A DNA stretch of 32,000 nt, taken from an uncultured Opitutia bacterium (GTDB taxonomy: Bacteria > Verrucomicrobiota > Verrucomicrobiia > Opitutales > UBA953). This document shows, piece by piece, positions 7,516 through 17,159 of the stretch. Under the pieces are notes generated by a model. The model had not been told where the DNA came from. It saw only the letters and a program-made list of their open reading frames with translations, and searched no databases. Where the stretch lies: positions 22,995-54,994 of the forward strand of contig CAIMFJ010000006.1 of the NCBI GenBank assembly GCA_903840355.1, given 5' to 3'. Numbering within the stretch: the stretch's first letter is position 1; every line of letters starts with the position of its first letter. The translations under genes were made by a program, and so were the position numbers.

Positions 7516-8621
7516 GCAGGTCGTCCACAGCGGCCGAAGCGGGTGTTCTGAGCACGATCCCGCATCCAGTGATCCACGGCGACGAGTGCGGCCATGGCTT
7601 CCACAATGGGCACGGCGCGAGGTAAGACGCAGGGGTCATGGCGACCTTTAGCGGTTAGCTCGGTGGCTTGCCCATTCGGGCCGACAGTCTTTTGCGGACG
7701 CAACACCGTGGCGGTGGGTTTAAAGGCCACGCGGAATAAAACAGTTTCGCCGTTGGTGATGCCACCTTGGGTGCCACCCGAGCGATTAGTTGCCGTGCGA
7801 ATCTTGCCACCTTTTTTGATAAAGAGGTCGTTGTGTTCGCTGCCGCGCAAGAGGGTGCCGCTAAAGCCGCTGCCGATTTCAAAACCTTTCGTCGCTGGCA
7901 ACGACAACATCGCTTTGGCTAAGTCAGCCTCAAAGCGATCAAACACCGGCTCACCTAGTCCAGTGGGTAAATTTTCAATCGCGCAGCAAATCACGCCGCC
8001 AACGGAATCGCCGTCTTGGCGTGCCGCTTTAATCAACGTTTCAATTTTTTCAGCCGTCGCGGGGTGAGGACAACGCGTCGGCGTAGCTTCAACTTGTTTT
8101 AGCGTGGGAATTTTGGCGGACGCGGGCATTTGGTGTGCGCCAACGCTTTCGACCCAAGCGGTGATGCGCACTTGATGGGCATGCTGTAAAACCGTTTTCG
8201 CAATCGCTCCCGCCGCGACGCGGGCGGCGGTTTCGCGGGCGGAAGAACGACCGCCCCCTTCGACGGCGCGAATGCCGTATTTTTCATCATACGTGAAATC
8301 CGCATGCGAAGGGCGATAGGCCGCCTTCATTTCTGCGTAAGCACTCGAGCGTTGATCCGTGTTGCGAATGATAATCGCAATCGGCGAACCCAACGTGAGA
8401 CCTTGAGCCGAAACGCCGGAAAGGATTTCGGGCTCATCGCCTTCTTTGCGTTGGGTGGTCAGGAGGCTTTGGCCAGGACGACGTCGGGCTAATTCGCTCC
8501 GAATGAAATCTAGATCGAGTGGGACGCGGGGCGGGCAACCATCGATAACGACGCCGAGCGCTGGGCCATGGCTTTCACCAAAAGTCGCAATGCGAAATTG
8601 TTGTCCGAAAATATTACCCAT
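7512..8621 (-). CDS. aroC: Chorismate synthase
   Basis: The N-terminus from the ATG at 8621 is [31 protein letters not shown]. Other matches are [24 protein letters not shown] and GRHDPCV. These are hallmark AroC motifs across the full length. Confidence 0.92.
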   Translation of the reverse strand: MGNIFGQQFRIATFGESHGPALGVVIDGCPPRVPLDLDFIRSELARRRPGQSLLTTQRKEGDEPEILSGVSAQGLTLGSPIAIIIRNTDQRSSAYAEMKAAYRPSHADFTYDEKYGIRAVEGGGRSSARETAARVAAGAIAKTVLQHAHQVRITAWVESVGAHQMPASAKIPTLKQVEATPTRCPHPATAEKIETLIKAARQDGDSVGGVICCAIENLPTGLGEPVFDRFEADLAKAMLSLPATKGFEIGSGFSGTLLRGSEHNDLFIKKGGKIRTATNRSGGTQGGITNGETVLFRVAFKPTATVLRPQKTVGPNGQATELTAKGRHDPCVLPRAVPIVEAMAALVAVDHWMRDRAQNTRFGRCGRPA

Positions 8622-8660
8622 AAAAAGTGCTATAAAAAGAAACGCCACCTGACCGGAGGG

Positions 8661-8692
8661 TCGGGCGGCGTCCTAAAGGCGGTTCCGCCCGA
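8661..8692 (-). terminator. Possible hairpin terminator after the lipoprotein gene
   Basis: A perfect 8-bp inverted repeat, TCGGGCGG (8661-8668) / CCGCCCGA (8685-8692), starts 2 nt after the stop at 8695-8697. On the minus strand a T-rich tract (TTTCTTTTT) follows, but about 20 nt away, so this is not a textbook intrinsic terminator. Confidence 0.3.
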
Positions 8693-8694
8693 GA

Positions 8695-9123
8695 TTAGCG
8701 GCGGAGGTTCGACGAAATCTTGGAGATGATTTGTTGGCTTTGAGGCAAGTTGCCGAAGTTGCCGTATTTCACGGTGACTTGGGTGTAGAATTGCTTGGTC
8801 ACGGGATCTTCCGTCTTAGCCACATCGACGCGGATTTCTAAGTCACCCACGGTGCGAGCGTAGACGGCCACGGCGAGGAGCTCGTTGTTGGCGCCACGTT
8901 CATCGGTTTCGCCAGTGCGGAGGGTGCCGCTCATACCATCAAAGGTGCGCTTTACCGCATTAAAAACGGTTTCGGTGTCGGCGTTGTAGCGCGTGGTTAG
9001 CGTACCCAAGACATTGGAGAAACTCGCTTCGTGCGTATCAGGATTGTCCACCCCGATCTGGGTGTTGCAACCCGTGAAGGCGAGGGCGGTGGCTAAGAGT
9101 ACGAGGGAGGCAGCGTTCTTCAT
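8695..9123 (-). CDS. Putative lipoprotein, function unknown
   Basis: The ATG at 9123 gives MKNAASLVLLATALAFTGC, a signal peptide plus lipobox (LAFTG/C). It is a small protein of about 140 aa and may be DUF3568-like; that is recalled from memory and not verified. Confidence 0.65.
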   Translation of the reverse strand: MKNAASLVLLATALAFTGCNTQIGVDNPDTHEASFSNVLGTLTTRYNADTETVFNAVKRTFDGMSGTLRTGETDERGANNELLAVAVYARTVGDLEIRVDVAKTEDPVTKQFYTQVTVKYGNFGNLPQSQQIISKISSNLRR

Positions 9124-9344
9124 GGTGAGAGTGTGCGAATTAAGTGCTTTTAGACAAAACACAGCAGGGCGGAGTTGGCAAATGATTTCGACCCCACGTT
9201 TTTAAGGGTCTAAGGGCTGCTTTGTAATTAAAAATTGGATACAAACGTACCGATTAACCAAATTTTGCAGGCGGAAGGATGCCGCCTGGCGGGCGCGATC
9301 GGACGGTTCGGGGGACCGGAAAGAGGGTCAAAACGACGTAACTA

Positions 9345-9372
9345 TTCACAAATACCTTATTATCAGTATTTT
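9345..9372 (+). promoter_or_regulatory. Candidate sigma-70-type promoter for the dcw operon (weak call)
   Basis: TTCACA (9345-9350), a 16-nt spacer, then TATTTT (9367-9372), inside the only strongly AT-rich block of the mraZ upstream region. The promoter consensus for this lineage is unknown to me. Confidence 0.25.
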
Positions 9373-9430
9373 ACGTATTTTATGAATTAAATCAGTCATT
9401 TAAAGTGATCCGGGCGCTGTGAATAAGAAA

Positions 9431-9486
9431 ATGGGGGAAATTTCTTGCCGAGTGGGGAGGAGTGGGGGAAAGTGGGCGTATAGGGC
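9431..9486 (+). promoter_or_regulatory. Putative MraZ operator: 10-bp-phased (A)GTGGG direct repeats
   Basis: AGTGGGGAGG (9451), AGTGGGGGAA (9461) and AGTGGGCGTA (9471) sit at exact 10-bp spacing. Degenerate units ATGGGG (9431) and TAGGGC (9481) are in the same phase. The array ends about 15 bp before the mraZ ATG. Confidence 0.55.
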
Positions 9487-9501
9487 GAATCTTCCCACAA
9501 C

Positions 9502-9960
9502 ATGTCTATTGGCGCAAACAACGGTCTCTTCACCGGCATCCATAAAGGAAAGCTGGATGAGAAGAATCGTGTCACGATTCCCGCGCCCTGGCGTTTTGAT
9601 TCCGCCGGTGAAATGACCTTTTTGGCGATGTTCCACCCCGCCCTCGGAACGATCATTGTTTTTCCTCCGATGATGGTGCAACGGATTCGCGATGCGGCGA
9701 CGCAAGTGACCGTGAGCGATCCGGATAAATTGAACGCGTTGCGCTTGCTCGGTGAAAACAGCGTCCAGGTCACGTGCGACAAAGCAGGCCGGATTACGTT
9801 GAACGAATACGTCATCGCCCAAGCCGGCTTGGAACGCGATGTGGTCTTTAGCGGTAGCTTTGTGACGTTCCAAATTTCCGCCCCCGTGCCTCCGAAAGTG
9901 GAACGCGAATCGGAAAGCACCCGTACCATCCTGCGTGCCCTGCGCGAGCTGGGTATCTAA
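9502..9960 (+). CDS. mraZ: Transcriptional regulator MraZ
   Basis: 152 aa, first gene of the dcw cluster. Has two SpoVT/AbrB-type DxxxR motifs (LDEKNRVTIP and CDKAGRITLN). Confidence 0.9.
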   Translation: MSIGANNGLFTGIHKGKLDEKNRVTIPAPWRFDSAGEMTFLAMFHPALGTIIVFPPMMVQRIRDAATQVTVSDPDKLNALRLLGENSVQVTCDKAGRITLNEYVIAQAGLERDVVFSGSFVTFQISAPVPPKVERESESTRTILRALRELGI

Positions 9961-10010
9961 CCTGTATCCAAAAGTTACTTACATAACTCACACGTTATTC
10001 ACAATCCTAG

Positions 10011-10925
10011 ATGACCAGTCACCTCCCAGTCTTACTCGATGAATGCATCGAGTTGCTCGCCCCGCGAGCGACGGGAGTTTATTTGGATTGTACGTACGGT
10101 GGAGGTGGACACACGGAAGCTCTGTTAGCGGCGGCGGCTTGTCACGTGAAGTCCTTAGATTGCGATCCCGCGGCCGCTCAACGCGCGACGGCGACGGCCC
10201 AACGTTTTCCGGGTCGCTTTGAATTCATCGCCCAAAACTTTCGTAACCTTGACTGCGTTCCGGGCTATTTTGACGGGGTGCTGATGGACATTGGGGTGTC
10301 CTCGTATCAGTTGGATATTCCGGAGCGTGGTTTCTCTTTCCGCTTTGCCGCTCCGAATGATATGCGCATGAATCCATCACGCGGACGGAGTGCAGCCGAG
10401 TTCCTTGAACACGCCACGCGTGATGAGTTGGTGCGAGCCGTGCGTGATTACGGTGAAGAGCCTCGTTGGCATCGTGTCGTGAACGCCATTGAAGCGGCCC
10501 GGGGGACGGGGCGCCTCGCCCAGACCACCAGCTTCGCCGAGTTGGTAGCGGAAGCTGCTCCACCTCCTCCGGGACCACGCGGGGTGCATCCAGCGACCCG
10601 GACTTTTCAAGGAGTGCGTATTGCCGTGAATGATGAGCTCGAAGCCCTCGCCGAAGCCTTGCCCAAAGCCTTTTCCAAATTAAACACGGGCGGCGTTCTC
10701 GCCGTCATTTCCTTCCATTCTTTAGAAGACCGCTTGGTCAAACGTTACATGAATGGAGTCTCGGGTCGTCCCGTCGATCGGGATGACTCTCGTAATCAGG
10801 ATGAACGTGTGAAAAACGCTGACCTTTTAACCCGCAAAGCCGTCCAACCATCGGAGGCTGAACAAGCCCGTAACCCGCGGAGTCGTTCCGCTCGATTGAG
10901 GGCCGTGCGCCGTCTTGCTGTATGA
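10011..10925 (+). CDS. rsmH: 16S rRNA (cytosine1402-N4)-methyltransferase RsmH/MraW
   Basis: Matches HLPVLLDE, DCTYGGGGHT, DIGVSSYQLD, RGFSF, FHSLEDR and NPRSRSA(R)LR. Position after mraZ fits. Confidence 0.92.
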   Translation: MTSHLPVLLDECIELLAPRATGVYLDCTYGGGGHTEALLAAAACHVKSLDCDPAAAQRATATAQRFPGRFEFIAQNFRNLDCVPGYFDGVLMDIGVSSYQLDIPERGFSFRFAAPNDMRMNPSRGRSAAEFLEHATRDELVRAVRDYGEEPRWHRVVNAIEAARGTGRLAQTTSFAELVAEAAPPPPGPRGVHPATRTFQGVRIAVNDELEALAEALPKAFSKLNTGGVLAVISFHSLEDRLVKRYMNGVSGRPVDRDDSRNQDERVKNADLLTRKAVQPSEAEQARNPRSRSARLRAVRRLAV

Positions 10926-11308
10926 GTAACCAAAGAATTTTAACCATCTTTTTTGGCGTCGCTACTTTATCCGTGGCCGCCTTGGGCTCCATCCATGTGA
11001 TGAAACTTCGCATGGAGGCCGATGCGATTGGCAATCGTATCGTCAGCTTGGAGCGGACGCTTGCCGAATCGAAGAAGGAGTTGGTCGAACTGAAACGCCA
11101 ACGCGATCAATCCCAAGACACCTTGCAGTTACAACAACGCATTGGGGATACCTTGAAAGGCCCAGCGGTTGATCAAATTATTTGGATTCATTTGCCCGTG
11201 ACGTTGGGGACCAACCCCATTCTCTTGGCGAAACCAAACCCGCGCTTATCCGCTCGCGAAATCGCATTTCGTCCTCCCGTAGGACCCGGAGGGAATAATT
11301 CCCGATGA
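10922..11308 (+). CDS. ftsL: Cell division protein FtsL-like (bitopic, coiled-coil)
   Basis: ATGA overlaps on both sides. Has one TM helix (ILTIFFGVATLSVAALGSI) followed by a coiled coil (LERTLAESKKELVELKRQRDQ). Sits in the canonical slot between rsmH and ftsI. Confidence 0.65.
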   Translation: MSNQRILTIFFGVATLSVAALGSIHVMKLRMEADAIGNRIVSLERTLAESKKELVELKRQRDQSQDTLQLQQRIGDTLKGPAVDQIIWIHLPVTLGTNPILLAKPNPRLSAREIAFRPPVGPGGNNSR

Positions 11309-13155
11309 CCCTTCCTCAGGCCAGGCGAATGCGTTACCGTTCGCTGGCCTGGGTCGTGTCCGCCTGCTTTCTAATCGTCTTGGGTCGACTGGTGTGGTTG
11401 CACTGGGTCGTGGCACCGCAGCTTCGCGCGGAGGCCGCTCAAGCTCGCCGCATGCAAAAGGTCATGTGGGCACGTCGTGGCGAAATCCGCGATGCGCAGG
11501 ATAATGTCCTCGCGGTATCGGACGATGTGTGGGACGTGGGAGTGGATCCAGAATCGCTGACGAAAAAGGATCTGCCACGGGCCGCTGAAGTGGCAGCTAT
11601 TTTAAAAGTTTCGCCTGTCGATGTGCTCAAGGCCTTTCGTACGACGAAACGCGTCGATGCCGACGGCGAAGAGCAAAGCATCCGCTGGGAAGTGTTGGCT
11701 CGGGATTGTGATGAGGCTACGGAAAAGAAAATTCGAGCTCTAGGGATTAAGGCATTGGTGACCGAACATAAGTTTCAACGCCATTACCCGAAGGGTCAGT
11801 TGGCTGCTCACGTGTTAGGTTATGTGAATAAGCAAGGGGAGCCCTCAGCCGGAGTAGAGCGCGTGATGAATGAATTTTTAGAAGGTCAAAACGGCTGGAT
11901 TGAGTCCGAGCACGATGGTCGTCACCGCGAAATCGCGAGTATTCGCTTACGTGAGGTGACGCCCGTTGATGGGAGTACTTTAGTTTTAACGATTAATAGT
12001 TTAATCCAAAAAACTTGTGAAGATGCCCTGGCGGCGGCGGCGGCTCGTTACAATCCGAAGGGTGGCATTATTATTGTGAGTGAGCCTAAGACGGGCCGTA
12101 TTTTGGCGTTAGCGAATTGGCCGACGTTTGATTTGAACCGTTACTTTGATCCGAAGGCGGCACCGATGGATAGTCAGCGTAACCGCGCAGTCTCGGATAT
12201 TTACGAGCCGGGTTCCGTTTTCAAAATTGTTTCTATTTCGGGGGCGTTAGAGGAGAAACTCATCACGCCTAATTCACAGTATGATTGCGGCGCTAAGATT
12301 GTGCCGTATCGCGGGCGGATGGTGGAATTGCCGGGAGATTCCCACGCGTTGGGCGTCGTCGATGTGCGCCACATTGTGAAAGAATCTTCCAATCGCGGGA
12401 CGGTACAAATCGGGATGTTGTACGCCGAGCGGATGGGCGAAGACCGTTTTTACTCGCTGATTCGTTCCTTTGGCTTTGGGCAAAACACGGGATTGATTAC
12501 TGGAGCCGAAGTGCCTGGTTTATTAAAGAAACCGAGCACTTGGGATGGGATGACGATTTCTCGTTTACCGATGGGCCACTCGGTCAGCGTGACGGCGATG
12601 CAAATGCACACGGCGATGTCGGTCATCGCTGCCGAGGGCTTACTGATGCAACCCCAGTTGGTCTTGCGCGTCGAAGACCCCAAGACGCGTGCCCCGATTC
12701 TCTTATACACGCCCCGCGTGCGCGGTCGGGCAATCACCGCGGCCACGGCGGCCGAAGTGGCGACGTTACTCCGCGGCGTTTGTGGTCCTGGGGGCACGGC
12801 TCCGATTGCCGATATTCCTAATTACGAAGTCGCTGGCAAAACTGGTACGACGCAAAAGCTGATTAACGGTAAGTATTCCACGACTCAGCACGTGGCCTCT
12901 TTTTCGGGGTTCTTCCCCGTGGGCGATCCGCGCTTGGCGATTACGGTCATCATTGATGAGCCACAAGGCGAGGGTGTTGGGTATGGTGGTAAAGTTGCCG
13001 CCCCTATTTTTCGCGAGGTGGCCGAGAAATGTATTCGCTGGCTCGACCTGCCTCCAGCACACACCGCCGCTCACACGGTAGCGAATGCCGATGCCCGTTT
13101 TGGCGCGGCTAACCCAGTAGCCACGGCTACGAACCACCAGGAGAACGACCGATGA
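11305..13155 (+). CDS. ftsI: Peptidoglycan D,D-transpeptidase FtsI (class B PBP)
   Basis: Has an N-terminal TM anchor and the transpeptidase motifs SVFK (SxxK), SSN (SxN) and KTGT. Position in the dcw cluster fits. Confidence 0.9.
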   Translation: MTLPQARRMRYRSLAWVVSACFLIVLGRLVWLHWVVAPQLRAEAAQARRMQKVMWARRGEIRDAQDNVLAVSDDVWDVGVDPESLTKKDLPRAAEVAAILKVSPVDVLKAFRTTKRVDADGEEQSIRWEVLARDCDEATEKKIRALGIKALVTEHKFQRHYPKGQLAAHVLGYVNKQGEPSAGVERVMNEFLEGQNGWIESEHDGRHREIASIRLREVTPVDGSTLVLTINSLIQKTCEDALAAAAARYNPKGGIIIVSEPKTGRILALANWPTFDLNRYFDPKAAPMDSQRNRAVSDIYEPGSVFKIVSISGALEEKLITPNSQYDCGAKIVPYRGRMVELPGDSHALGVVDVRHIVKESSNRGTVQIGMLYAERMGEDRFYSLIRSFGFGQNTGLITGAEVPGLLKKPSTWDGMTISRLPMGHSVSVTAMQMHTAMSVIAAEGLLMQPQLVLRVEDPKTRAPILLYTPRVRGRAITAATAAEVATLLRGVCGPGGTAPIADIPNYEVAGKTGTTQKLINGKYSTTQHVASFSGFFPVGDPRLAITVIIDEPQGEGVGYGGKVAAPIFREVAEKCIRWLDLPPAHTAAHTVANADARFGAANPVATATNHQENDR

Positions 13156-14675
13156 CGCCACCTCTTTCGATGACTTCGCCTCTTACGGAACCTCCTACTT
13201 TTAATGCTTTGCTCCAAGGGCTACCTGTCCTGAGTCGGAGCGGAGATTGGTCCGTGAAGATTAAAACCATGGTCACGGATAGCCGCCGCGTGATTCCGGG
13301 TTCGCTCTTTTTTGCGCTGCCTGGTCTGCGTGCCGATGGGCATAGTTTTTTAGATGATGCCATCGCCCACGGTGCCCATGCGATTATTTCGAGTCAGTCG
13401 GTGACGAATTTGCCCGCAGTGGCAGCGGCTCAAGTAGCGGAGCCGCGCCAAGTTTTGGCCGAGATTGCCCGTCGCTTCTACGGCCATCCTGAAAAGAATT
13501 TATCCTTGGTTGGGGTAACGGGGACGAACGGCAAAACGACTGTGACCACGCTGGTGCGTCACTTACTCCAAGACGATGGTTCGCAATGGGGCCTGCTTGG
13601 TACGGTACGTTATCACTTAGGTCGCCGGTCGATTCCTTCTTATAAGACTACCCCGGACTCCGCTGACCTCGCCCAATTTTTCCGGCAAATGTCGGACGCG
13701 GGTTGCCAAGGTGCTTGCCTCGAAGTGAGTTCGCACGCTTTGCATCAAGAGCGCGTGCATGGGTTTAGTTTCCGTGCCGCAGCTTTTACGAATCTCACGC
13801 GCGATCACATCGATTACCATGGCGACCTCGCCACGTACCTTGATGTGAAGACGATGCTGTTTGATGGTCGCAATGGTGGTGGGGTCCCTGAAGTCAGTGT
13901 CATTAATATTGATGACCCCGCAGGGCGTGTTTTGGCCGAAGCCTGTCGCCGTCGCGGTAAAGTGCTGACCTATGGTTTGGCGGCGGAAGCAGATTTACGT
14001 GCCACGGACTTAGTCCTCGATACGACGGGGAGCATTTTCACCCTTCATTATCAAGGTCGCCAAGGGCGTTTCCTGTCCACGCTGCCCGGCGATTACAACG
14101 TCTCTAATATTCTTTGTGCGCTAGGCTTGGCGGCCGCGTTGGGGCGCGATCCGATGTGTTTAGCTCCTGCCTTACAATCTTTCCCGGGGGTGCCAGGACG
14201 GATGGAGCGCGTCGAAGCGGGGCAAAATTTCCCGGTCTTTGTCGATTACGCGCACACAGATGACGCTTTGCGCAATGCATTGAAAATGCTGCGTCGGATC
14301 ACCCCGGGTCGGGTGCTTTGTGTTTACGGCTGTGGTGGTAATCGCGATCGCGGCAAGCGTCCAGCAATGACGCAAGCGGTGGTCGAACACGCCCATTTGG
14401 CTTGGGCCACTGCCGATAACCCGCGCAAGGAATCGATTGAGAAAATTTTCGCCGACATGCGGGATGATTTAGGTCCCTTGCCTTCGGTATCGTTTATTCC
14501 CGATCGCCGTGAAGCGATTGGTTACGCCCTCGCTGCAGCCCGTCCGGGAGATTGTTTAATTATTGCCGGGAAGGGACACGAAACGACGCAAGAATTTGCA
14601 GATACGGTTGTACCTTTTGATGATCGTCAAGTAGTGCGTGAAATCTTGGAGGCTCGGAGGGGCTCGATGGCCTAA
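13152..14675 (+). CDS. murE: UDP-MurNAc-L-Ala-D-Glu:meso-diaminopimelate ligase
   Basis: GVTGTNGKTT P-loop, the Mur ligase middle and C-terminal domains, and the DNPR motif (ATADNPRKE) associated with meso-DAP specificity. Confidence 0.9.
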   Translation: MTPPLSMTSPLTEPPTFNALLQGLPVLSRSGDWSVKIKTMVTDSRRVIPGSLFFALPGLRADGHSFLDDAIAHGAHAIISSQSVTNLPAVAAAQVAEPRQVLAEIARRFYGHPEKNLSLVGVTGTNGKTTVTTLVRHLLQDDGSQWGLLGTVRYHLGRRSIPSYKTTPDSADLAQFFRQMSDAGCQGACLEVSSHALHQERVHGFSFRAAAFTNLTRDHIDYHGDLATYLDVKTMLFDGRNGGGVPEVSVINIDDPAGRVLAEACRRRGKVLTYGLAAEADLRATDLVLDTTGSIFTLHYQGRQGRFLSTLPGDYNVSNILCALGLAAALGRDPMCLAPALQSFPGVPGRMERVEAGQNFPVFVDYAHTDDALRNALKMLRRITPGRVLCVYGCGGNRDRGKRPAMTQAVVEHAHLAWATADNPRKESIEKIFADMRDDLGPLPSVSFIPDRREAIGYALAAARPGDCLIIAGKGHETTQEFADTVVPFDDRQVVREILEARRGSMA

Positions 14676-16045
14676 TGCCTGCTTTTGCCCCCAGTGATTT
14701 AGCCGCTTGGTCCCAAGGGACTTGGTCGCACCTGCCTGCGGTGGCCCCGAAGGGTTTGAGCGTCGATACGCGGACGCTGCAACCTGGCGAAATTTTTGTG
14801 GCCTTACGCACGGCCCGTCGTGATGGACATCAATATTTAGCTGAAGCACGGACGCGCGGAGCTGCGGCCGCGATTGTCTCCACCCAACAACCCGACGAAC
14901 TTCCGCAGCTGGTGGTGGGGGATACGAATGTGGCCCTGCGCCACATCGCCGCTGAATGGCGGCAACGTTTTGTCGGTAAAGTCGTGGGCGTGACGGGGAG
15001 TGTCGGGAAGACTTCCACGAAAGAATTACTCGGGGCGATGCTCGGATCCTCGGCCTTTGTGACCGAGGCGAATTTAAATAATCTACTCGGTGTGCCGCTG
15101 ATGCTGTTGCGCGTGGAACCCGCCCAACATCGCACGGCGGTGATTGAAGCGGGGATGAGCGTGCTGGGCGAATTAGCCTTGTCGGCTCAAGTGATTCATC
15201 CCGATTTAGCCATCGTAACGGCCGTAGAGTCCGTGCACTTAGAGGGCGTGGGTTCTTTAGCCGCGGTGGCCCAAGAGAAGTCGCAATTGGTAGCGGCTTT
15301 GAAACCGACTGGTTGGGCGATTATTCCCGCGAAATTATTGGAGTGGCCGGAATTTGCAGCGCACGCGACTCGCACGATTGCGGTGCAGTTTGCCGACGAG
15401 CCTGCTCCCGCCGTGAAACCAGGCCGTTTAGTGCAGGCCGCTATTTTGCGCGACGTCGAAGGTCGCCAAAGTCTTTCTTTAGACGGCAAAGTTTATCCCT
15501 GTGGCGAACTTTCCCAAGGGCTCATGCGTAATGCAGCCTTGGCTTTGACGGCGGCATTAGAATTAGAGGTCGCCCCCGAAGCCTTAGCGCAAGTTTTGGC
15601 GACGTGGATGCCTCCTGCCGGTCGTGGGAGTGTTCACCGGATTGGTAAGACGACTTATTACGTTGACTGCTACAATGCTAGTCCGGCCTCGTTGCTCGAT
15701 TCCGCCGCCTGCTTCGATCGCTTAAGTCGCCTCGACCCTCGTCCGCGTCTTTTCCTCTTAGGGGGTATGGCCGAGTTAGGTAAACTCTCGTGCCACCTGC
15801 ACCATGAGTGTGGCGTGCGTTTACCCGTCCGAGCAGGTGACCTTGTAATTGCTTACGGAGGGGATGCGGCGGCTTATCTACCCGGTTTGCCTCAAGGGGT
15901 GCAATCGCACGTCGCAGCTACCTTAGAGCAAGTGCAGGCCGATCTTTTTGCCCACCGTGGTTTCATTTTTGTCAAAGGCAGTCGTTCTCATGCGTTGGAA
16001 CGGGCCCTTCCACCTTTCATCCGTGATACTTTAAATTTCCACTAG
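14675..16045 (+). CDS. murF: UDP-MurNAc-tripeptide:D-Ala-D-Ala ligase
   Basis: GVTGSVGKTSTKE P-loop, Mur ligase architecture, and TAATG junction with murE. Confidence 0.9.
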   Translation: MPAFAPSDLAAWSQGTWSHLPAVAPKGLSVDTRTLQPGEIFVALRTARRDGHQYLAEARTRGAAAAIVSTQQPDELPQLVVGDTNVALRHIAAEWRQRFVGKVVGVTGSVGKTSTKELLGAMLGSSAFVTEANLNNLLGVPLMLLRVEPAQHRTAVIEAGMSVLGELALSAQVIHPDLAIVTAVESVHLEGVGSLAAVAQEKSQLVAALKPTGWAIIPAKLLEWPEFAAHATRTIAVQFADEPAPAVKPGRLVQAAILRDVEGRQSLSLDGKVYPCGELSQGLMRNAALALTAALELEVAPEALAQVLATWMPPAGRGSVHRIGKTTYYVDCYNASPASLLDSAACFDRLSRLDPRPRLFLLGGMAELGKLSCHLHHECGVRLPVRAGDLVIAYGGDAAAYLPGLPQGVQSHVAATLEQVQADLFAHRGFIFVKGSRSHALERALPPFIRDTLNFH

Positions 16046-16046
16046 A

Positions 16047-17159
16047 ATGCTTTATTATTTGAGCGAGTTAGAGAAATACTGGGGACCGTTTCGGTTGTTC
16101 GAGTACATTTCAGTACGCGCGATTTTAGCGGGCGTGACGGCTTTGTTTTTTGGGCTCATTTTTTCGGGTCCGATGATTCGCTGGTTGAGCCGGGTCCGTC
16201 AGCCCGAGCGTTCAAAGTCTTTAATGGGTGAGTTGGCCAAAGAAGGTGGCAAGGTGCCGACGATGGGTGGCTTGCTCATCGGGGCGGCGATGTTGCCGGC
16301 GGTTTTATTATGGGCGCGTTGCAACGTGCTGGTTCTCGCTTCCTTGGTCTGTCTCGTGGGAATGGGGGCTGTGGGTTTGATCGATGATTGGCTCAAAGTC
16401 AGTCGGGCCAGCTCGGATGGTATTTCGGCCCGCACGAAATTAGCTGGCCAAGGTCTAGTAGCTTTAGTCGCAGTGGGGGTTGTATTGTTAGATCCGAATT
16501 ACCGCCCGAGTCTGGGTGAGATTTGGTTACCGATTTTGAATGGGCCGCTCTGGTCCGTGAATAGTTTTGGTTTACCGGCGTTTATTACCTTAGCCGTGGC
16601 TGCGGCCTTTATTATTTTTGTCTGCGTGGGTTCGTCGAATGCGGTGAACTTAACAGATGGTTTAGATGGCTTGGCGATTGGGTGTGTGCTGATCACCACG
16701 ATGATTTTGGGCAGCGTGGCTTACTTGGTAGGACACCATGAATTCTCGAGTTACTTACGCATCGGCTATGTTGCTGGCGCGGGCGAGTTGGCAGTGTTTT
16801 GTGCCGCCTTGGTTGGGGGTAGTTTAGTCTTCTTGTGGCATAATGCCGCCCCGGCTGAAATTTACATGGGTGACGTTGGTGCCTTGGGCATCGGTGGGGC
16901 TTTAGGAGCGGTGGCTTGCTTGATGCATCAGCCGTTCTTGTTAGCGATTGTCGGTGGCGTTTTTGTCATCGAAGGACTTTCGGTGATTCTACAAGTCGCT
17001 TACTTTAAGCGCACGGGTGGTCAGCGGTTATTTTTGATGACGCCCATTCACCATCACTTCCAGAAGAAGGGCTGGCCCGCGACGAAGGTCGTGGTCCGTT
17101 TCTGGATCATCTCCGTCCTATTTGGCTTACTGGGGCTGTTGTCCCTTAAATTACGATGA
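16047..17159 (+). CDS. mraY: Phospho-N-acetylmuramoyl-pentapeptide transferase
   Basis: A polytopic membrane protein with DDWLK, NAVNLTDGLDGLA and PIHHHF motifs. Confidence 0.93.
   Translation: MLYYLSELEKYWGPFRLFEYISVRAILAGVTALFFGLIFSGPMIRWLSRVRQPERSKSLMGELAKEGGKVPTMGGLLIGAAMLPAVLLWARCNVLVLASLVCLVGMGAVGLIDDWLKVSRASSDGISARTKLAGQGLVALVAVGVVLLDPNYRPSLGEIWLPILNGPLWSVNSFGLPAFITLAVAAAFIIFVCVGSSNAVNLTDGLDGLAIGCVLITTMILGSVAYLVGHHEFSSYLRIGYVAGAGELAVFCAALVGGSLVFLWHNAAPAEIYMGDVGALGIGGALGAVACLMHQPFLLAIVGGVFVIEGLSVILQVAYFKRTGGQRLFLMTPIHHHFQKKGWPATKVVVRFWIISVLFGLLGLLSLKLR

Noticed and set aside
8651-8662. Similar mini-palindromes GACCGGAGGGTC (8651-8662) and GACCGGAAAGAGGGTC (9315-9330) flanking the lipoprotein gene
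   Set aside because: Each has only a 4-bp stem and the shared sequence is short, so chance similarity in GC-rich DNA cannot be excluded. There is no supporting context.
9431-9486. Whether the short phased repeats could be a CRISPR array or microsatellite
   Set aside because: The units are 10 bp with no spacers of CRISPR size, only 3-5 copies are present, there are no cas genes, and the array sits exactly where MraZ boxes are expected.
9396-9929. 177-aa and 157-aa minus-strand ORFs covering mraZ and its upstream repeat array
   Set aside because: They are antisense to the clearly conserved mraZ frame (two DxxxR SpoVT/AbrB motifs) and run through the putative operator. The translated sequences have no domain-like features.
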